A stretch of 64,000 nt of DNA, taken from assembly GCA_035221665.1 (NCBI GenBank), contig CM069147.1:47120001-47184000 (forward strand), in the 5' to 3' direction. Each line of letters starts with the position of its first letter. Within the stretch, counting starts at the first letter, position 1. The stretch is from Okamejei kenojei. Its lineage: Eukaryota. This document shows positions 25,699 to 39,890 of the stretch, piece after piece. The notes under the pieces were generated by a model. The model was given only the letters and a program-made list of their open reading frames with translations, was not told the origin of the DNA and searched no databases. The translations under genes and the position numbers were made by a program.

Positions 25699-28039
25699 GT
25701 TGTATGTTACTGAATGGCGTACTTAATGGAAGATACACCTAACATGTGAGAGAGGCAAATGCATGTGATGGCAGTGGATAATTGGATACAAACAAATCTG
25801 GATTATTGTTATCGAGTATAGGTTTATTCTGGGCTTTGCAGGAAAAAACGTCAGTTAAATTAATAAAGTGATTAAAGTTGTGCTCGAGCAGCTACAAGAA
25901 AGTGCCGGAGGTAGGTGAATAATAAAGGTACCCGAGTTGAGTGTAAATAAGAGGAGTTGAAAGAAATGTGAAATTAATGGACCGGAAAAAACGAACTTTG
26001 AATGCAGGAATTATGAGATGCAAGGCTCTGACGGGTTAGAGCAGAATTATGAAGGAAAATTAAAGCATCAGGTAATTACCTTGGCAGGATGAATGGAGCC
26101 ACTCTGCAAAAAACACTAAGAGAACATTGTGGGTATTGAACACATTGAATTAAATTGGAAGAAATGCAATAGTTGCTTGATCTGGAAAGTGTTTGTGTCC
26201 CTGGAGAGCAGAAAGCGAGGAGATAAAAGAGCAAATATTGCATTTTCTTGAAGTTGTGCAGAGGTTAAAAAATTGCAGTCCTTACAGGAAGCAGGGTAGA
26301 GGAAATGTAGAATATTAACTGGGAGTCTGTGGATCTCAATTGCTAACCTATCCCCAAAAAAGCAACATTCCCTTTCAGTTGGTGTATCCAACACTTGTTA
26401 CAAACAGTGGTTTACAAACTACCATATAATCCATTTACCTATGGGGGGGGAAATAATCCATAGGAATAGCAGTTTTTTATTTGCATGGGGAAAATGAGAT
26501 TTTATATAATTTATAGTGTGGTAAATAATTCTGCTAGAGAATTCCTTATTTTTGAATTAGTTGCTGACCAATTATCTAAATAGTCAACAAATTCAGCAGC
26601 ATTTTCAAGTTCAAAGTTCTGATGCACGGTGAAAACAGACAATAGTAATATCAAATTCCTTGGAAGGTCAAACATTATTATAATTAAGTGGATTGAAACT
26701 AATGAAAAGGAAATTATTTAATTATTCATTGTTAACTCACTATAACTATTTCTTTAAAGATGTTGCTTTTCATATAATGACACAATACATGGACCTGGAT
26801 TTAACATTTGAAGTGAAATCTGTAGTATTTATTGTCTATTAAATGTTAACTAAGTAATAATATTTCCTGTGCATCGTACCTAGAATAAAACACATGGTGC
26901 ATGCCTTTGGAATTTAAATAGTTTAATTAATGCCTGTAAGTTTTACCATTCATTTATAGTGGAAAGAAAAATAGTTTCATGACGGCTATTTGCATTTAGT
27001 ATTTGCAGCTCAATGCTCAAGAATAGTATTGAAGTTTAATCATCCATCCCCATGACCAGATTAATTCTCCCAATAACCAAGATACAGAATAAAATAGTGT
27101 TGTTTCGGCTGGGCAATGAGCCATCATAGCTCTCTTTCAGTTTTAAGAACTGACTTTCAATGAACAGCCATCCAGTTTGTTCTGTTTTTTACTATGGTGT
27201 TACTGTGAATCAAGGACTTGCCTTCCTTACTTTCATAAGTACTTTTAAGATGCATGTGATATATTCTCGAATTGTAATATGAGAAAAGTAGCTTAATATA
27301 TTGTATATTTATTTGACTTTGCAAATATTCAAACAATTTACAGATGTGGAGTTCTATCATGAAGTGCTTGCAAGATTTACATTATTTACTTAGTTACACT
27401 CTTATGTGCACAGCCTTGCTCACAACTGAGTTTATATTGACTCAAATCATTATTTACACATGCTTACACAGATCTGTACCATTTACCTATCGAGAAAATA
27501 TTGTCGGTCAGTTTTTTCCCTCCCATGCTCAAAATATTCCATGCAACATACTTTTTCCTCTTTCAAAAGATTTTGACGTAGCATAAAACCTCCCTACAAT
27601 TATTTAAATTTGGACTTTTTTTAATCGAGTATGCTTTTCTGTGTGGTACCTATGCTCAGTAAATTGATGAATCTGGGTACTTTTGTTATCATTGTCCATT
27701 CTATTTACTTAGATGGTTGCAGAGCATGGCCTTGAGCCACAGTTTGTTTGTCTCATTATTCTCAAGCTCCTAATTCTGCTGCTATTCAATTTTGAGTTCC
27801 ACTGATGCACTCTAGATTCTCAAATGGAGGTTTTTAGAAAAATGCTATCAAAGGAATTCAATTCCAAACATGTCAGAAAATAGGCAGAACATATTTAGCA
27901 GGATCTTCTGCTGGTTTGAAGTAAGTGACTAAATTATCTGTCTGTGCATTGTTATTTAAAGGATACATTTGACCAGTGTCAGAAGAATTTCCTTTCTTTA
28001 TTTGTAATGTTATTCTTTACAAGAAAATATGATAGAGTA

Positions 28040-28200
28040 GAATTTTCTCAGTTGAATCTCAGATTTGAAAATTGACTCATCCAATGTTAAGCACTCTCTC
28101 AATACTGCATTGAAATGTAAATTTAGATTATGGTTTTGGAGTGTGGCATAAAATCATACTTTTATTCAGAGGCAAGAGTGCTGCTACAGTTCTCAAGTAG
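28040..28200 (-). mobile_element. Ancient DeuSINE-like fragment
   Basis: AGCACTCTCTCAATACTGCATTGAAATGT...TGGAGTGTGGC...TCAGAGGCAAGAGTGCT resembles from recall the reverse of AmnSINE1/SacSINE1-type elements. Confidence 0.45.
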
Positions 28201-28968
28201 ACTAAATATGTCCTTCCGTGAACTACTGTTAAGCTAACATAAGCGTGTTTTTAAAAAAAATCATAACTAGTTCCTGAGAGGAAATATTATTTCTACACCT
28301 TTTAAAATTTAGATTTGGTAGAATAAGGAATTAAATTTGTTCGCAATATCATACTTGTTTCATTTCTCCCCTTGGTTCATGGTCAGTAAAATCATTTTTA
28401 AAAACCTAAAGCCATTTAATGTTTCCTGAAGATTAAACCCAAAGTGCTGGAGTAACTATAAGTAATAGGCAGCATCTCTGGAGAGAAGGAATGGGTGATG
28501 TTTTGGGTCGAACAATGTTTGCCTACTTTGATTTACACACCTTATAAAACACACTAATAATTTAAAATTGAAGCCATTTTAATGTATTCATCTTAATCCT
28601 TGATAATCAGTAATTAGCCTAAGAAAAAATAACTATTGCCATTTTAAGTTTAATCACAGTGCATACTTTCAAGATGATGCATCGTGCTAAGAAATTGAGC
28701 ATGAAAATCCTAAGAAACAATATGTGAGGTGCCTATATGATCTACTTGGTTTATATATAAAGTTAAAATGTAATAATTTGCTTTTTTTTTTGTAATAAAT
28801 TTCTCATTTAGAAATAATTGAATATTTTAAGCACAAAATAATGTTATTCCCATTTTGTACTGCAATTTGCAAAATCCTTCGGAATTTTCATTTTGTCTCA
28901 AAGTTCGTGTACACATGTACACATTTCATAGATTAGAAACTGATTTTGTGTTTCTTTTTTCATTAAAG

Positions 28969-29103
28969 CTCAACCAGCAGGAGCACCTGAGATATTGAAA
29001 AAAAGCCTACATACTTGCTCAGTGAAAGGAGGTGAAGATTTATTTCTGATTGGGAAAAACTTTTTGAAAGGCACAAAAGTTATTTTTCAGGAAAACAATT
29101 CAG
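28969..29103 (+). CDS. NFAT5: NFAT5 coding exon: IPT/dimerisation domain (not in the ORF track)
   Basis: Pyrimidine tract then AAAG|CT acceptor, CAG|GTGAAT donor. [45 protein letters not shown]. Confidence 0.97.
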
Positions 29104-31877
29104 GTGAATTAATTATTTGAGTGGCATTACAAGAAACCATCAAAACTGTATATGCATAATGTGAATGGGATTAGTGGTTAGCTCCATTTCATGTTAAGTG
29201 GTTCAACCATTATTTCAAACAAACAGCTACCACCAGGCATATTAGTTTTTTTATAATGGTGTCGGCAACTGCAGATTGCATGTTACACCATGCTCCAATA
29301 TGATTTCAAACTGCCCAGTGCAACAACGTATATACGCATAATACAGCATAATACTAATTATATAAGTTGTATAATGGGACACCACAGAAAACAAGCCACC
29401 AGTTGACTGAGCCTGTGTATTTGGCTTCAGAATAGTGAGTATCATGTCTTTGCTTATTTTGCAGTAAAACTTGAATTCAGGTGTGTAATCACTACAATAT
29501 TTAGACTCATAAATTGGCAGTTTCTAGTTCTATTCTACTTCATGTTGAAAATGAAGAATACAAACAAAGAATAAATCATTTAAAATCTCTTCAAATTCAA
29601 ATTATGGAAATTTTCTTCTCAAAAGGTATTGTATACATTTATTAAAACTACATATGGCAGTTAAAATAATAAACTACCATACAACATCAATATGTTTTTA
29701 ACAAAAATTTAACTTGAATTGTAAGTTGTCTTTGTAAATCTGTGGAAATACTTAAAATTCAGTTGATTTAAATCAAGTCATTTTTAAAAGGAGTAGGCAA
29801 TTAATGAATCCAATCTAGAACTACTTTTGCAGAATATGAGCTTCATTTGTTTACCATTTCCAATAAATTACCTCTCCCTAACAAATGCTACACTCACGTG
29901 TGGTATGGAAAGAGTTGAATAATTGAATTATGGCTGCTTTCTATATATCTGGTCAAATATTCAAAGATTTTTCTTATAAATTATTCTGATTTATAATGCT
30001 TTCAAAGGCAAAAGTTTCATATGTTCTTGTGAAGTAAATTAAAATCGTAAGATTTTAGCTCCAGGTTATACTAAAACAGGTTTATAAGCAGTTTGCATTT
30101 GAATGAACAATAAATTATGAATAAAACAATGCAAGGTCATTTGTAACTTGCGTTTAAGGGTTGAAATAGTTAATGTTATATTTAACTAAGAGTTTCCAGA
30201 AAAGTCCCCCATATTTTCTTCAGTGATATTTATATAGCATTTTATCAGACTGCCACATCTCAGTGCACACTTTTTTTCTGAGGTACAACGCCTGTTGCTC
30301 ACATAGACAAACATAGTAAGGACTCCATGCCTGCAAGATCCAGTAAACAGCAATACACAATCTGTTGTGTGATTTTGATGAAAAAAGGCAAACTGATTTC
30401 CTTTAAACAGTAATCATAGGATCTTAATATACTTGATAAACTGGAGCAAATGATTTTTCTCAATTTAATATTTAATTTAAAGGATGACATTTCAATAATT
30501 TATCACTCACTGAAGTTGATGTGATACAATTCTGCAATATTATTAACTGGAAGATACTGAACTGAGACATCCTAATATACTGGATCGTCTTAGTCATGGT
30601 ATTGTGAGCAAACATCTGAGGGAAATGGGTGAGGTGGAGAGAGATGGCGAAAAATAGTTAACTATTTGCTGTCCTGTAGTTCCAGAAAGGGTGAATTAAT
30701 AGCAAAATAAACTGTAGATGAAAAAATCTCAGCTGGTCAAACAACATCAATCAAGAATCAAAGTTAATGTTTGAACTAGGCAAGGGGCATCTAGAAAACA
30801 AGCCATGTTTTAGGAGAAGACACAAGGAACTGCAGATGTTGGAACCTTGAGCAAAACACAAAGTGCTGGAGTAACTTAGCGGGTCAGGCAGCAGCTGTGG
30901 AGGGAATTGATAGGCGACGTTTCAGGTTGGAACCCTCCTTCAGACTGTTTTAAGTTGCTGAGAGTGGGAGGGATTGGGAGAACAAATAGAATGTCAGTGT
31001 TAGAGTAGGCACTGAGAGAGATGGCGCTGAAGATGGTGCTGCTGGAGAGGGTTTGCTAATTGCAGGGGAAGAGATAAAATGGTGATTGAGAACAGAAAAT
31101 AAGATAAACAAAATATATTGTTTGTATAAGATGCAAACAAGTTCTCCTGACACTCAATGCCCACCAAATAGCAATAGGTAGCAATCCACATGTTCAGAAT
31201 TACACTTGCATCTTTGTGGAAAGCATAGAAATGCCCATGTTTCAGCCCTACAGTGGCCCCCTCTTCACCTCTTTTATCAGTATATTGATCTCTCTATTGG
31301 AATTGCTAGTTGCTCGTATAAAATCCAAAAGATATCTGCCAATTTCCATCCTATTTTCACTTCTGAAACGACTTTCAGCTGCATCTGATTTACTTCCAAC
31401 TCTGCTGCTTTCTCCTCATGCAAACTACCCTCAGCCCCACCAATGTCCATATCAGACAGAACATTTTCTGATTCACACCAGTTTCAGTGTTACCCCACTA
31501 CCTCACGCGGCCATGCATCTCCCCCCTTTCATTTTAATTCTTGATCCAACTCTCCCTCTCACCTGGTCCCCTTAAACTATTCCACAGAAGCTCAAAAAAC
31601 GCATGGAGTAAGAAAAAGTTCTATGGGAACTCAGTTGGTCAGTGTTCATACTATTGGGCTGTAAGCTACCCAACATTAATTTATTCAACTTAGTGCCACC
31701 ATCTCCCACCAACCAAGTTACCCTTCTTCTTTCCCCTCCTCTGCATGCACATCTCCCATTCTGTCCCTGTCACCTTTATCCCTCCCTCGGGCTTTACATT
31801 TCACTCCTCTTCTTTCCTTATCTCACACGCTTTTGTCTCCTTTGCATCTTTAGCCTTTGTCACATACTCCACCCATA

Positions 31878-32106
31878 TCGTAGTGGCTTGTACGAGTAAA
31901 TTTTTTTCATCACGAGTTTTTTTACTCGTGGACATTTTTCAGTGTTGAAAAAACGTCACGAGTTTACCGGATTTCCCAAGTACCTACCGTTACTCGTACG
32001 AGACATCCACGAACTCCTATGGACCCGCTATGGACATTCTCCGAGTTCGAATCAGTGGAAAACTCGGGAGAACTCTTGAATTACTTCGTACAGTGGGATA
32101 GGCCCT
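31878..32106. mobile_element. Truncated Harbinger-type MITE (right end only)
   Basis: Ends CAGTGGGATAGGCCCT then TAA; terminus related to the 22060 element; many ACGAG/CTCGT inverted motifs; left TIR not found. Confidence 0.7.
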
Positions 32107-32202
32107 TAACTCTACCTCTCATTTCCAACTTTCTCCTCACTGCTCCACTCAATCTGAGGCAGTCTTGACCCAAAGTGTCATGTCCATTCCTTCCACAAAT
32201 GC

Positions 32203-33630
32203 TGGGAACTATAGACCAGTAAGCCTAACATCTCTTGTTCAAAAATTAGTGGAGAGGATTCTGAGGGGTAAAATATATTTGGAAAGATGGGCTGAATAGG
32301 GATAGTCAGCTTGGTTTAGTGTGTGGCAGATTATGTCTCTCTCAAATTTGATTCTGTTTTTTAAAATTAACAATGACATTTGACAAGGGCAGGACTGTAG
32401 GCGTAGTTTATGTGGACTTCGGAAAGGCCTTTGATAAAGTTCTACACGATAGGCTGCACAGAAAGGTTAGATTGCATAGGACCCAGAGATAGCATGCTAA
32501 CTGGATACATAATTGGCTTCATAGTAGAAAGCATGTGTGGTGATGGAAGATAGTTTTCCAGAAGTGGCAAGTAGCTCGTGGTATGCCTCAGGGATCAGAG
32601 CTGGGCCTATTGCTGTTTGTCATCATTGTCAATGATTTGGATGAGAATGTGGAGGGGTGTTTAGTAAATTGTCAGTTGACATTAAAATTGTTGGAATTGT
32701 AAACATTGAAATTGGTTATTGTAAATTAGAGTGGTGTCCTTTCATTGGGCAAATGAGCTGAGGAATGGCAAATTGAATTTAATTGGATTAAGTGCAAGAT
32801 GTTGTATTTTGGTAAGTCAAATCATGGCATGACTTTCACAATAAAAGGCAGGGCCCTGGGGAGTATTGTAGAGCAGAGGTATCTTAAAATACAAGTACAT
32901 AGTTCCCTGAAAGTGGTATCAATGGTGGATTGGGTAGTGAAGATGCTTTTGGCATGCTGACCTCCACCAGTCAGGGAATTGAGTACAGAGGTTGGGATGT
33001 TATGTTACTGTTGTACAATATGTTGGTGAGGCCACACTTGGAATATTATGTTCAGTTTTGGTCACCCTGCTATAGTAAAGATTCAATTCAGATCAAAGGC
33101 ATTGAGAGATGTTTTACGAGGTTGTTGCTAGGACTCTGAGGTCTGCGTTTTCGGGAAAGATTGGCAGGCTAGGACTTTATTCCTTGGAGCACAGGAGGCT
33201 GAGGGGTGGTCTTAAAGAAATGTGTGTAAAATCAGAGAGGAGAATAGATAGGGTGAATGAACATAATTTGTATTTAGTTAGGAGTAGGGGATTTGGGAAC
33301 CAGAGGCCATAGGATGAATGAACATAATTTGTATTTAGTTAGGAGTAGGGGATTCGGGAACCAGAGGCCATAGTTTTAAGGTTTAATAGGAATAATAGGA
33401 ATCTGCGAGGCACACTTTTCACATGGTGGGATTGTAGAATGAGCCACCGGAGGAGGTAGTTGAGGCAGGTACCATAACAGAATTTTAAAGATATGTGGAC
33501 CAGTGCATGGATATTAAAGGTTTGGAGGGATATGGACCGAACATGGGCAAATGGGATTAGCTTAATTGGGACATCTTGATTGTTATAGATGTATTTGGCC
33601 GAAGGGCCTCTTCTATGATGTTAAATTCTG
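32203..33630 (+). mobile_element. Degenerate CR1 LINE, about 1.4 kb of ORF2 plus 3'UTR
   Basis: GNYRPVSLTS, VYVDFGKAFDKV, GMPQGSELG, LYNMLVRPHLEYYVQFWSPCY motifs in order. Confidence 0.9.
33254..33373. repeat. 61-bp tandem duplication inside CR1
   Basis: TGAATGAACATAATTTGTATTTAGTTAGGAGTAGGGGATTYGGGAACCAGAGGCCATAG at 33254 and 33315, one mismatch. Confidence 0.95.
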
Positions 33631-33746
33631 AGAGTCAGCATGGATTTATGAAAGGAAAATAATAAATGCTATCAAATCAACATACCAGAAAAACAAACTA
33701 CTGTTAGATCCTATATTAACATTTTCATATTTTTGATTTTATGTAG

Positions 33747-33802
33747 ATGACAAAAACTCTTGGAACTCAGAAGCTGAAATTGACATGGAACTTTTTCATC
33801 AG
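33747..33802 (+). CDS. NFAT5: NFAT5 56-nt coding exon: IPT domain
   Basis: GTAG|AT acceptor, CAG|GTGAGC donor. DDKNSWNSEAEIDMELFHQ; phase 1 in, phase 0 out. Confidence 0.96.
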
Positions 33803-34287
33803 GTGAGCTTAAAGAGTTAAAAGCATTTTTTCATGAAAAAAGTGTGTTAAAATTCAAATTTACTCTGCCTTTGTTCTATAAATACTGATCTTTCTTAACA
33901 CTTTGTGGTTTTGCACATTTCCATCCTGTCATTTCGATAAAGTTGTGTGCAAAATGTTTATCAAACCATATAATATATTTAATTTTGATTTCTTGATTGC
34001 AAACTTAATCTTCAGTTTAGGTGGCATGGTGCCCTTGATTTTGTCAGTAGAGATTTACAAAGTAGAAGACATCTAGGCTGACAATGGATGATGATAATAG
34101 TTAACATCAACCCTGGCTTCCAGTCTTCACTGCACTAAGAGATTATTAGCTAAATTGGAAAATAATGCATTTTTATCTTGGCAGCAAATTAGTGTTTAGA
34201 AATTGGACCTATATGCATTAGTTGGATTACACCAATGATCATGACTGGGCACCCCTCAGAAAATGGAACTGGATATTTACAGCTGCA

Positions 34288-34920
34288 GATGGACACGAAA
34301 CGCTGTAGTAACTCAGAAGGACACGCAGCATCTCTGGAGAGAAGGAATGGGTGATGTTTTGGATTGTGACCCTTCCTCAGATTGAGAGTCATGGCAGAGG
34401 GAGATACTGAGATAAGGAAGGGTACGTTGTGAACAGGGAACTAGGATCAAGGAAAATGTAGAATAGATCATTGTGAGCTAGGAGAAGGTGACTACAAAGC
34501 AAAGAGATAAAGTGGAATTGGGGAGTCAGGTTGATGGGAGCACTGGTAAGGGGGATGGATGGGGAGAGAGGGAAAGCAAGGGTTACTTGACGTTAGAGAA
34601 GTCAAATTCATACCGCTGGGGTGTAAGCTGCCCAAGCAAAATATGAGGTGCTGTTCCTCCAATTTGCGCTGGGCCTCACTCTGACAATGGAGGAGGCCCA
34701 GGTCAGTGTGGGAATGGGAGGGGGAGTTAAAGTGTTTAGCAACCGGCAGATCAGGTAGGTTTAGGCAGACTGAGCGGTGTTCAGTGAAACGATTGGCGAG
34801 CCCTTGGTCTCGCCGATAATAATAGTCCACACCTGGAACAGCAGATACGGTAGATGACGTTGGAGGATGTGCAAGTGATCTCTGCCTCACCAGAAAAGAC
34901 TATCGCGGTCCTTGGATAGA
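34288..34920 (-). mobile_element. Penelope-like element 3' part: GIY-YIG endonuclease plus terminal hammerhead-bearing repeat
   Basis: Minus-strand RFTEH..V....DLPVAKHFNSPSHS...QRKLEEQHLIFCLGSLHPSGMN, followed by the terminal repeat at 34288-34390 that is dispersed through the window. Confidence 0.88.
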
Positions 34921-35381
34921 ATCCCAAGTGAATTTGAGTGCAGGATGAAAATTAATAGTGAAGTTAATGAAGTCTGTGTGTTTTACATGTTGCAGGACGT
35001 AGCCCTGATGCAGTCGTCAATGCTATTCACTTAAACTATTATGATGTTTCCTAACTACAATTATGACATGCTCTGTTTTTCACAAATTTTATATTCTACT
35101 GATTGTGTTCTCATTCACTAACTCCCCTGATTTCACGGTTTTTAAGTGCTTTTTTCTAGATTCCTTCTGTCTAACAGCTAACCGGATGACCACATTGACA
35201 GGTTATTTCCACAGAATCCTTGGCCTCATTCTATCAGGGTTATTCCCTTTGTCAATAGCCATACAGTAGCTTCACATTGAGAGAATTATATCCCTTTTGG
35301 TACTGATTTTATCTGGAGTTGAGAACTAGCAGTGCTTTCGTCACTTGTCGCCACTCCCTCCAAAGTTCAACACTTTGAAGA

Positions 35382-35665
35382 GGGCGGCACGGTGGCGTAG
35401 AGTTGGTAGAATTGCTGCCTCACAGCTCCAGCTCCGGGTTTGATCCTGACTACGGGTACTGTCTGTATGGAGTTTGTACATTCTCCCTGTGACCGAGCAG
35501 GTTTTCTCCCATACTCCAAAGACGTACAGGTTTGTTGGTTTATTGGCTTTGGTAAATATTGTCCCTAGTGTGTAGGACAGTGTTTGTGTACGGGGATCGC
35601 ACGTCGGCGCAGACTCAGTAGGCCGAAGGGCCTGTTTCCGCGCTGTATCTCTACACTAAACTAAA
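35382..35665 (+). mobile_element. tRNA-derived V-SINE (HE1-like), near full length
   Basis: Head GGGCGGCACGGTGGCG..GGTAGA (A box) and GGTTTGATCC (B box), V-domain GGAGTTTGTACATTCTCCC, CR1-type tail GGCCGAAGGGCCTGTTTCC and (CTAAA)n end. Confidence 0.9.
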
Positions 35666-36097
35666 GATAATGAAGGCACGAAGCACGTACAGTTGTAGCA
35701 ATAGGTGGTGGCGATCAATCAACAAGTAACTTGAATGTTCTTGATGATTCTTTTAATTCCTCCATTTGAGAAAGATGGGGTTATTCAATCCTGTTACCCG
35801 TTACATGTTCAATCATGCATGATTAAGAATGGAGATTAACTGTGCATTAGGATCCAAAATTTCGGTCCTCATTTGCATCATGATATCTCTACTATCTGCC
35901 TGTCTGCTTTGCTTTAGCAACATGTCCACTAATAACTTCATCAAAACTGTGTGAGGTAAATTGGAATGATTTGTTTCCCTTTAATTGGGAGATCAACAGA
36001 TATGGGCATATCCAGAAATTAATTACTAGATGGATTAGAGGAGAGTTGAGGAAAACCTTTAACAATAAAGAGTGCTGGGCTCTGGAACACACTGCCT

Positions 36098-36252
36098 GCA
36101 TAGAAACGTAGAAAATAGGTGCCGGTGTAGGCCATTTGGCCCTTCGAGCCAGAAACGCCATTCAGTATGATCATTGCTGATCATCCAAAATCAGTACTCC
36201 GTTCCTGCTTTCTCCCCATATCCCTTGATTCCGTTAGCCCTAAAAGCTATAT
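36098..36252 (-). mobile_element. CR1 extreme 3' end
   Basis: CATAGAAACGTAGAAAATAGGTGCCGG..., collinear with the 14272 and 51677 copies. Confidence 0.85.
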
Positions 36253-37061
36253 CTAGATCAGCTATAAAAGCTATAAAAGCTAGATCATAAAATTGATCTT
36301 ATTCTATGAGATCCAATGAGTGCTATGCCAAAGAGATCTGTGCTGGGGCCTCTAAATGTTTACAGGTTATTTGATGTCGATGGAGGTACTGAAGATAAAT
36401 TTGCTGTTGGTACAAAGCAAATGTATGTTTCAATTTGGTACACACAGGTGGGATTCCTGGCTAACATCTGTATGTCTTGCGACTAAAAAAAATATTTTCA
36501 TTTGTGCTAGCCATATTTACAGAGCCTTGCATGTTGGTTACATATCCATTTTGAGATTCACTGCTATTTCCAGTTATCAGAAAGAAGTTCATCTGGGCGA
36601 TTGAGCTGGCTCCTTTTCAGAATAAATTTGGTCAACCCCATTTGCCTATTCTTGCCCCAAAGATGTGCATATTATTCTCTCTTAAATTATATTGTATCCT
36701 TTTGATGACATTGATTGATCTACATCCATCATCACTGCAGACAGCAAATTCCAAATCAGAACGACTTTGAGTCAAAAACTAAATTCTCTCCTCAATTTAC
36801 CTTGTTCTAAGGAGAATAATCCAACATTTTTCAATCAGGTGTATTAGTTAAAATTACTCATGCATAGAACCATTTCTATCAATCTTCTCTGCATTCTTTG
36901 TAGGATCATTCATCCTTATTCAGATTACTTGAGTAGAATTGTATATGATACTTAAAGCCTTAAATTAGTGTTTTAATAATTAAAGCTTAAAAGCTCTTGA
37001 ACTTTTTGTTTGACTGTAATCATCAGTCATGTGATTTTGTTTTCTTATCTTCTTTTCAAAG

Positions 37062-37194
37062 AATCACCTTATTGTGAAAGTTCCTCCGTACCATAATCAG
37101 CTTATAACAACACCAGTTTCAGTTGGCATATATGTCATAACCAATGCTGGAAGATCACATGAAGTACAGCCTTTTACCTTCACTCCAGATCTGG
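37062..37194 (+). CDS. NFAT5: NFAT5 coding exon: end of IPT domain
   Basis: TTTTCAAAG|AAT acceptor, G|GTGGGT donor. [44 protein letters not shown]. Confidence 0.97.
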
Positions 37195-38160
37195 GTGGGT
37201 TGTTCAATAAATGTTTGCTTCTTTTTCTAACTAATCTTTTATCTTAAAGGACAAAAAAAAAAAGATCAGTTATCATTACCAGAGACATATGTTTTATTAA
37301 ATTTCATAACTTTGCTGAAAGTCACTGTACAGACCAGATGTTAATCAGTCATTCAAAGAATTGATTCCCAGCTGAAAAATGAGCTGGAGTGGAAAGGTTA
37401 TTAGCTTCACACAATGTTATGCTATAACTAAATTAATTTACAATTTTTTTGATCTGATTCCAATATTCCCTTTCCAAACACATCAATCTTAAAACAGATG
37501 TTACTGTTTTGGGATTAACCAAAACCTACATATGTGTCATTGTTTTCTTATAGTTGGCTCTATCCAGGCTCCCACAGCATTGGCATTTCCATTCTATTTA
37601 TTTAGGATTATTTTGCATGTTAATTTGTCTAGGTTGATTTAATTTTAGTGGGCCTCTGCATCTTTTAAATGTAGTTGCTTTTGTCTGCAAGTTAATGCAT
37701 AGAGCAGTACAGTACAGGAACAAGCCCTTTGGCCCACAATGACTGTGTCAAACATGATGCCAAGTTAAACTAATCTCCTGTGCCTGCACGCGATCCATGT
37801 CCCTCCATTTCCTACATATCTATATGCCTTTCCAAAAGAAGGTAAGAGTATTGATTTTTTTAATATGTTCCTTGAGGTCCAATGCATCTTCGTCAAGGCA
37901 CATAACAAAGAGATTTGTGATTTTCTGTGTTCATGGATTCCGTTTATTACATTTGATTATTTTAAAGCAACATTCCTAATTACAAATATTTATAGTAAAA
38001 GTTTTAATATTGTATGCGATAACTTAATCTTCATGATTTACTTACCGATCTGAAAAATTAGATGAGGAATCTTTATAGTTAAATCTTGAAATGTTTGACG
38101 AAAGAAAGCCAAACAAAAGGTGAAAATTTTAAAAATCGATGTGTTTTGTTTACGCTTTAG

Positions 38161-38232
38161 CAAACTCATCAGATATCATTGTGAAGAAAGAAATTGGTGT
38201 ACAACCATGTTCCATTGACGAAGCAATGAAAG
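38161..38232 (+). CDS. NFAT5: NFAT5 72-nt coding exon
   Basis: CTTTAG|CA acceptor, AAG|GTATAA donor. ANSSDIIVKKEIGVQPCSIDEAMK, matching the VKKEI...PCS.EEAMK segment of NFAT5. Confidence 0.93.
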
Positions 38233-39169
38233 GTATAATGAGTTTTTTTATACATAAAAATGCAGTAAAATTGCCTGTGCAGTTAGGGCTCTGGTTTCCC
38301 ATTACTGACTGTCAAATTTAAAAGTGTAGGTCAAAAACTTAAAAATGCAAAGAAGTAACTTTTTGGCACTAGCACTGTGCAAAAGCAACAGAACATTGAT
38401 GATTAACTAAGGGGCTCCTTGGCCCCCTTCACTCTCGTTACAGGTTTCTTCTTTGTATCACGCTTTACCGGTTAACCACAAATTTGAACATAGACCATTT
38501 CAGTATAAGAACGCTGACTTTATTTCACAGAGAGATTATAACAGTTTCTGCACTTGTCCATATATACTCTCTAGAAGCACTTAATAAAGGGAGAAAATAT
38601 ACTAAAAGAAGTTTTAAGTAGGATGCATTTATTTATTTTATCTGGGTAAAGAGAATTCAGTTGTGGAAGGTTTGCCCTAAAGCATTAGTTTGTCAGTAGT
38701 TTATATTCAAATAACATCATTATGGCTACTGCAGTTTGAATAAATGAATTGTCATTGGCACTAGTTCAAGGTCAAACTTCATAAACTGCTTTTGAATATC
38801 TGATGTGGAAACAATAATACGTTTAATCAATTCTTTATTTTCTTTATTTTTCTTCTTTATTTTTAATCAATTCTTCACGTTCCATTTTTTGCTGCCCATT
38901 CTGCAATCATAGTATAAATATAGTTAAGATTACTGCAGGCGATTATTTAATACTGGTTTTCAAACAAAACAAATTTTGAAAGTACTGATTTGTTTACCTT
39001 TGTTTCCAAAGCCATGTCATCTGCACATGATTCAAGAATAGCGAGTTGGAAAGAAACTAATTTTGTCCTTTTTTTTCACACAAATTTTGTATCTGTATCC
39101 CTGATTTCTTTGGTATCAATTTGTGGATTTCGTAAAGGCAAATTTCCATTACCCAAATGATTGTAACAC

Positions 39170-39890
39170 GAGGCTCACCTGTACATAGTAAATGGCAGGT
39201 CCCTCGGGAATATTACTGTACAGAGGGACCTTAGGTTGCAAATCTAACACTCCCTGAAGGCGACAATAATAGCAGAGAGGATGGTTAAAAAGGTGTACGG
39301 CCTGCTTGCCTTCAATGGTCGGGGTATGGAGTATACAAAATTGGGACGTTATGTTTCTAACTGTTTAAAACTTTGGTTAGGCCACGATTAAAGTATTGTG
39401 TGCTGTTTTGTTCGCCACATTTATTGGAGGGATATGAAGTCTTTGGAGCGAGTGCAGAAGAGATTCACCATGATGCTGCTTGGATTGGCATGTATTAACT
39501 ATAAGGAGGCCTTTGATCGTTTTCTCTGGAAAATCAGAGACTAAGGGAGAACCTACCATAAAATGATGAGTGGTACAGATCGAATAGGTACTCCGAGGTA
39601 CCTCGGGGTGGTATTGTCAAAGACTAGAGTGCATTGGTTTAAGGTGAAATGTGGAAGCTATAACAGCGATTTGCAAGGTAAGATTGTTTTTACACAGAAT
39701 GTGCCACACAGGCACAGGTATAGAGGTGCCTGGAACACACTGCTAGGGGAGAGTAGAAACAGGCATGAGGACAATGTTTGAGAGGCATTTAGACATGAAC
39801 AGGCAAGGTATAGTGGGGTATCGACCCTATGCAGGTACGTAGGATTTGTTTAGATTGTCACCATGATTGTCACAGACATGCAGGATCATT
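39170..39890 (+). mobile_element. Degenerate CR1 LINE
   Basis: VQRDLRLQI, YGLLAF, LERVQKRFTMMLLGL motifs and a CR1-like 3'UTR. Confidence 0.8.

Noticed and set aside
35382-35450. tRNA gene
   Set aside because: Only a SINE head with A/B boxes; no cloverleaf.
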